Positions 45,014-45,021 of a DNA stretch of 45,021 nucleotides are shown here, one piece after another (position 1 is the first letter of the stretch; each line of letters begins with the position of its first letter). Origin of the DNA: a virus (taxonomy: Duplodnaviria; Caudoviricetes). Under the pieces are notes generated by a model, which saw only the letters and a list, made by a program, of their open reading frames with translations, searched no databases and was not told the origin of the DNA. The position numbers and the translations under genes are program-made. The stretch is from the IMG/VR virus record IMGVR_UViG_3300005805_003838, positions 1 through 45,021 of that record, one strand, 5' to 3'.

Positions 45014-45021
45014 ATTTCTTT

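Noticed and set aside
1-45021. Alternative genetic code or stop-codon recoding
   Set aside because: Core genes translate full-length in code 11, and TAA, TAG and TGA all serve as stops.

Overview
This window is 45 kb of a large T4-like (myovirus) phage genome, with almost all genes on the minus strand. From 1 to 27.5 kb it holds the replication/recombination core: uvsX, gp43 polymerase, regA, gp62/44/45, gp46/47, gp55, uvsW and uvsY. Interspersed are a lysis cassette (GH19 endolysin, holin-like proteins), host-derived genes (hsp20, a DUF1127 small protein, ribosomal protein bS21, peptide deformylase), a MoxR AAA/VWA pair and a cluster of small early genes, each behind a near-consensus sigma70 promoter. 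From 27.6 to 32.7 kb are the head genes (gp3, gp23, gp22, gp21, core proteins) with T4-type late promoters. From 32.7 to 45 kb is an AT-richer island with ADP-heptose synthesis genes (hldE, hldD), an APS kinase, a sulfotransferase, a TPR/GT9 glycosyltransferase, a methyltransferase, 2OG-Fe(II) oxygenases and four duplicated RCC1-repeat beta-propeller genes. The standout is a CmoA-like carboxy-SAM synthase gene overlapping a C5 DNA cytosine 'methyltransferase' whose motif X Asn is replaced by Arg (GRMV), which predicts DNA cytosine carboxymethylation. Other leads are a candidate virion glycosylation/sulfation system, a perfect orphan antisense promoter next to uvsY, a ROSE-like thermometer on hsp20 and a recurrent TCGCGCGA palindrome. 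An alphaproteobacterial host is inferred only from DUF1127 and the leaderless genes. All calls come from reading motifs by eye; no searches were run.
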